Source: the human T2T-CHM13v2.0 reference genome, Homo sapiens. Taken from it: a stretch of DNA of 64,000 nt. The DNA is taken from the NCBI RefSeq assembly GCF_009914755.1, contig NC_060925.1. One strand, given 5' to 3'. The position numbers were made by a program, and so were the translations under genes. The notes under the pieces are model-generated. The model was not told the origin of the DNA. It did no database searches and was given only the letters and a program-made list of their open reading frames with translations. This document shows, in pieces, positions 59,497 through 64,000 of this stretch. How positions within the stretch are numbered: position 1 is the first letter of the stretch; each line of letters starts with the position of its first letter.

Positions 59497-62420
59497 TAAT
59501 TATTGACAACTATTTATAAAACTGGAAGATATAGGCATCTCTAGTGAGTTCATAATTATATGTTGTATTAAAATAAAAGCATGCTTCAAGGGTGGATGTC
59601 AGCTCTTTCTCTACTTTGCGATTTGTAGTAATTTATTTTTTGGTTGATTTTTGAGCTACCATGTAGTAGTGTCTATTTTTACTTTGTGTTTTATTTTTGT
59701 GCATTGTTCCTTGAAATACAGCATTTATGTTACCCTGTAAGCCTTTGGATTTACAATTAAAGAATATATAATGCTTTTTTTTGGCTTCGAAGTTTCCAGC
59801 TGCATCTTTTTTGATGAAGTAAAAAGCATAGTGTACGTGCCCTATCTCCCTTTCTTGTCCACAGATTGCTTAAGGTAGGAGGCATCAGACTTGGAATTAA
59901 TGGTGAGTAACTTGGCTGTGGTCTGTGTTATTCAGTAAGCCGTAGCCTCCGTAGATACTGGGTCCTCCCTAAACTCCTGGCTCCTTATCTCTGTGTGTCT
60001 GTATTTGTGCATTTTGTGCATGCACCTGTCTGTGACCCCCCACACAGAGGCATGCCACCGTTAATGATTAACAGCCACTGCCAGGGATCTGGATTTGCCA
60101 TTACCAGAGTGGCCTGTGCCAAGCAATTCAACAAATATTACTGCTAGTAATCTCATCAACCGAAAGAATGTTTTTGTGCTTCATACTTTTGAAGTATTCA
60201 AAGGGTTCTAATACCCCAGTTTTAAAATTTACTTTTGAATGTGTTCAAATTTATTCAGAAGGAAGATTACTTTTGCTGCTTTCTCTTCAATCTTATTTTT
60301 TTCTTTTCTGAAGTCTTAGGCAAGTGATTTTTTGTTTATTATTCACAAATTTGTTCACAGGGATTCATGATTTAGCTTGGGACCTGGAATTAAAAATGTT
60401 TTTTTATTCAATTACTATCGTAGCAACACACAACCTACTTGGATTTGCTGTTCTGATCGCTTTCTCATGCCATCTCATTTAACAATAGCTAATTGGATTG
60501 ATATCAACATCACTGAAAAGTAATATCTTAACAAAAAGTTTTAATGAGTTAGAAATTGAAAGGTGACTGGAAATTATCCTCTGCCTCCAAATACACTATA
60601 GTAAAATGTCCAATTTGGACAAACTAGTTGAACAAAAGTCACTAGTTAAAAAATGGATTACAGATTTTTTAACATGTAACATTTTCCCCTTTTTTTCAAG
60701 TAGTAAATAATAATTTATATCTGACACGGTGTAATGAAGAAACACCCACCTGGTCTATAAATAAAAACCAACTGATAGGCATATTAGCTGAAGTGATTTA
60801 AACATCATTTGGTCTAAAATAAATCATTTCTCCTGCAGTTTTTCTTGTGAAATTTGTTTCAAGAAATAAATTTAAAGAAAGTTTCAAAACTGAATTTCAG
60901 TCCACTTTGGTTAGAATCACCCCAAATTCGTAATCAGTTTGACCTGAATAAATACATTTCTTTATTATTAGCTCTCCCTAGTCTCTTCGTGATATTGTCC
61001 CATTTATTTGTGGGAGGATGGTCTTCCTGTTTATTTTCTTTACGATAATTGTACTGATAGGCTCAGATTACTCTTTGAGTCCGTCTGTAAAAAGTCCAAG
61101 TATTAGTAGATTTGAATTGCATTCTAGTCCCTTGGTTTGGGTCTAGTTTCTTCCAGGAGCCCTAATCTTACTGTGTTTTTTCATGGATCAGAATCGTTGA
61201 GGTGGGCCTATTTAAAGTGTGGCCTGTTTATATAAAGTAGGAAATGTTTGCACAGTACTCATAGCTCTCAAAGCTCAGAGCCCAACACTCCACCTGAGAA
61301 GGCATCTGCAGTTTCCAACAAAGATTGTGGTATTAGGGTATTCTAAGATTAAGTTTATCTGGAACAGTGTAAATAAAAGCTTGCAGATGCGTTGATTTTT
61401 ATGTGAGTGCTTGATTTCTTAGCAGAGTAATTTAGAATAGAAACTGGTTCAGCACTGCAAAGAATATTTATGTCTCTGGTAAAGAACAGAACACTTTATG
61501 GAAATGAAATAAAAATGGGGATATAATTTTAAAACTTTGTAGAGTCCTCAGTTTTACTGTTTAATAATTTTTCCTAATAGGAATAAAAGTATTTTTAATT
61601 CTTAGATTTTCTCTTTCTTAGAAGTTCAGTACTTCAAAAACCAAAACCAAGATGAGGTCTAACTTTAATCAGTATCATAAGAGAGGAACTTTTGTTAGCT
61701 AACTCCTGAGATGTGTAATGAAGTGATAATTTCCATGTATCAGCGGGATCTGAAAAGTTCTTTGTATACAGAATATATTTTCCTTTGGCTTGCAATTTTA
61801 GAGGTGGCTTCATTTTCATTTCCAGCAGGTCTTCAACAGACTCCTAACACCTTAGCTTGATTTTCTCCCTTACTCTCTCCACCAAGATGTTTTATTCCTT
61901 AAGCAAAGTTGTAAATACCCTAAAGAAATTCTAAGTCGTCTGAACTGCAGTCTTGTGTAACTAAAATAATTATGCTTTAATTAATTGAGCTTGAACTTTT
62001 GGCTTTATTTTGAAATGGGTCATTCACATCTGCACTTTGTTGCCCTGTGTTAATGCATATTTTATGTGTCAGGTGAGAGATGAAGAGGGAGAAATGTGAA
62101 AAACCAAGTGTAGAAAATTTATGATGCCTCTTTTAGGATCATAAAACTAACAGAGGAGACTGGCGTTTGTGCAGAGGCCTGGGCTGTCATCTAAGTGAAT
62201 AATCCGCTGAAAAGGTTTCGGCTTGGATTGTCCTGACTGCAAAGACCTTCGTCCCATGAGGACCTGAGTGACCAGGGCTTGAGCAGAGGAAGAGGGAATT
62301 TCAGCTTCTCCTTGTGCACAGGAGGAGCCCGTGGCCGAGGGGTCGCCAGTGTAGTGTAATAGACGGAATTCCCTTCTTCCTGCTGGGAATGATTCCGGTG
62401 GGTGTGAATCTGTGTCGCAG

Positions 62421-62661
62421 GAGCTGCGATCCCGGGAAGAGGAGCTGACTCGGGCGGCTCTGCAGCAGAAGTCTCAGGAGGAGCTGCTAAAGCGGCGTGA
62501 GCAGCAGCTGGCAGAGCGCGAGATCGACGTGCTGGAGCGGGAACTTAACATTCTGATATTCCAGCTAAACCAGGAGAAGCCCAAGGTAAAGAAGAGGAAG
62601 GGCAAGTTTAAGAGAAGTCGTTTAAAGCTCAAAGATGGACATCGAATCAGTTTACCTTCAG
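62421..62661 (+). CDS. MAP3K21: MAP3K21 coding exon 5 (leucine zippers, basic region, start of CRIB motif); gene continues past window end
   Basis: Acceptor tgtgtcgcag|; [16 protein letters not shown]...[28 protein letters not shown]; donor CAG|GTATGA; 241 nt, ends phase 1. Confidence 0.96.
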
Positions 62662-63784
62662 GTATGATCTTGTTTTTATGTTTTTGAAAGATTTTTGTGT
62701 GTCCTCCTTTTAATCAGTTTTCTTTGTTCATCAGAACCAGGAAAGAGATAGGGAAGTAACTTTGTAAAACAGTGAATGAATGAGTATCTTCAGCTGTAGG
62801 CTTAGATTCATGGTTCTAATGTAATGGCCTAATGAGATTCCATGTAGGAAACAGCATTAGGAGCACGTGGTAGTCACAGCACACGAGGATCTAACCCTCA
62901 GCGTACTTTCATATTGATGGATTAACTGATTGACTCCTTTTGAAATTGAAGCAGAACCATTTTTTAGCTGAGCGTACTGAGCCAATGTCATGTGGCATTG
63001 TGAAGATGCAAAACAACGAAACTGTTAATATTTCATCATTACGTTCATTGCTTCCACAAGGATCTAGGATGTCATCTGGTATCTGGGACACTGATATTGT
63101 TGTCAGCACTTTCAATAAAATATATCAAGTACCCTGAGGTACTTTCCCATGAAGGTTTAAAATCCTTCAGACACAAAAATCACCCAGTAAATCTAGGGAA
63201 GCTTTTTTAAACATTGTGATAACAACATACAAGGATTACTAAATCATTTTAGTAATGTGTTAGGAGAAACTAAAGGGAATAGAAAATATATCAATCAATC
63301 AATACATATAGATATTATTGACTGATAATCAAAATATATCGATCAATATAGCAGACATAGCTTGATTCACTAAATTAAGTTCTTTAATATTATATATTCT
63401 ACTTGTTGTAAGGAAAAAACAAATACCTCCATGGTATTTTGTGATTCTTTCTAGTACCAGAGCAGGATGATGACAGAGCAATGCAGACTTCACTTTTATA
63501 GAATCTGTATGAAATATCTCTATGTCTATGTCTATACCTGCCTATGTGTTATATGTATTATATATTAGAGTGCTCGGACGGATTCTAGTGTTTTCCTAAG
63601 ATGTTTGTTAATGGCATGGTAATTTGATTTAAAGTGCAACAGTGACAGTTTTGTTTTATGTCGAGTGTGTATAAATTGCCTTATAAAATATGTATTATGA
63701 AACACTGGAAAGCTTGCAGAATCCTGTGACTAATTTAGGTTATTGCAGATGTCCTCAGTTGATCAAAAAATTGCTAGTATGACA

Positions 63785-64000
63785 TCTGGGTGCAGTGGCT
63801 CATGCCTGTAATCGCGGCACTTTGGTTAGCTGAGGTGGGTGGATCACCTGAGGTCAGGAGTTCAAGACTACCCTGGCCAACATGGTGAAACCCCCTCCGT
63901 CTCTATGAAAAATACAAAAAGTAGCCGGGCATGGTGGCAGGTGCCTGTAATCCCAGCTACTCGGGAGGCTGAGGCGGGAGAATCACTTGAACCTGGGAGG
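63785..64000 (+). mobile_element. AluS, cut by the window end
   Basis: ctgggtgcagtggctcatgcctgtaatc...gaatcacttgaacctgggagg. Confidence 0.92.

Noticed and set aside
61826-62072. Possible extra exon (ttcatttccagcag acceptor, CAG|GTGAGA donor)
   Set aside because: AT-rich, contains early stops, no other support; indistinguishable from background pseudo-exons.

Overview
Primate (human or great-ape) genomic DNA rich in interspersed repeats. It contains the 5' half of one protein-coding gene, MAP3K21 (MLK4/KIAA1804), on the + strand. A CpG-island promoter (~27.6-29.2 kb) is followed by coding exons 1-5 (28406-29210, 46810-46990, 54175-54323, 55204-55379, 62421-62661). These splice in frame through GT-AG introns and encode SH3, kinase, leucine zipper, basic region and the start of the CRIB motif; the gene continues beyond the window. 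The ~27 kb upstream and the introns are mostly Alu, L1, L2, MIR, MaLR LTR and DNA-transposon relics (near-full-length Tigger1 inside MER2, Charlie1a, MER58A, MER82, MER96B). Repeat family names come from recalled consensus sequences and many boundaries are approximate. I found no convincing wholly new biological system. The best leads are: a strong-Kozak upstream ATG in frame with MLK4 and blocked by a single TGA; phase-symmetric exon blocks that would give stop-free circles or in-frame kinase-dead isoforms; a ~290-nt pure-pyrimidine triplet tract grown from an Alu tail; a tailless Alu with a TSD; and ultra-short L1 insertions down to ~18 nt of L1 sequence.
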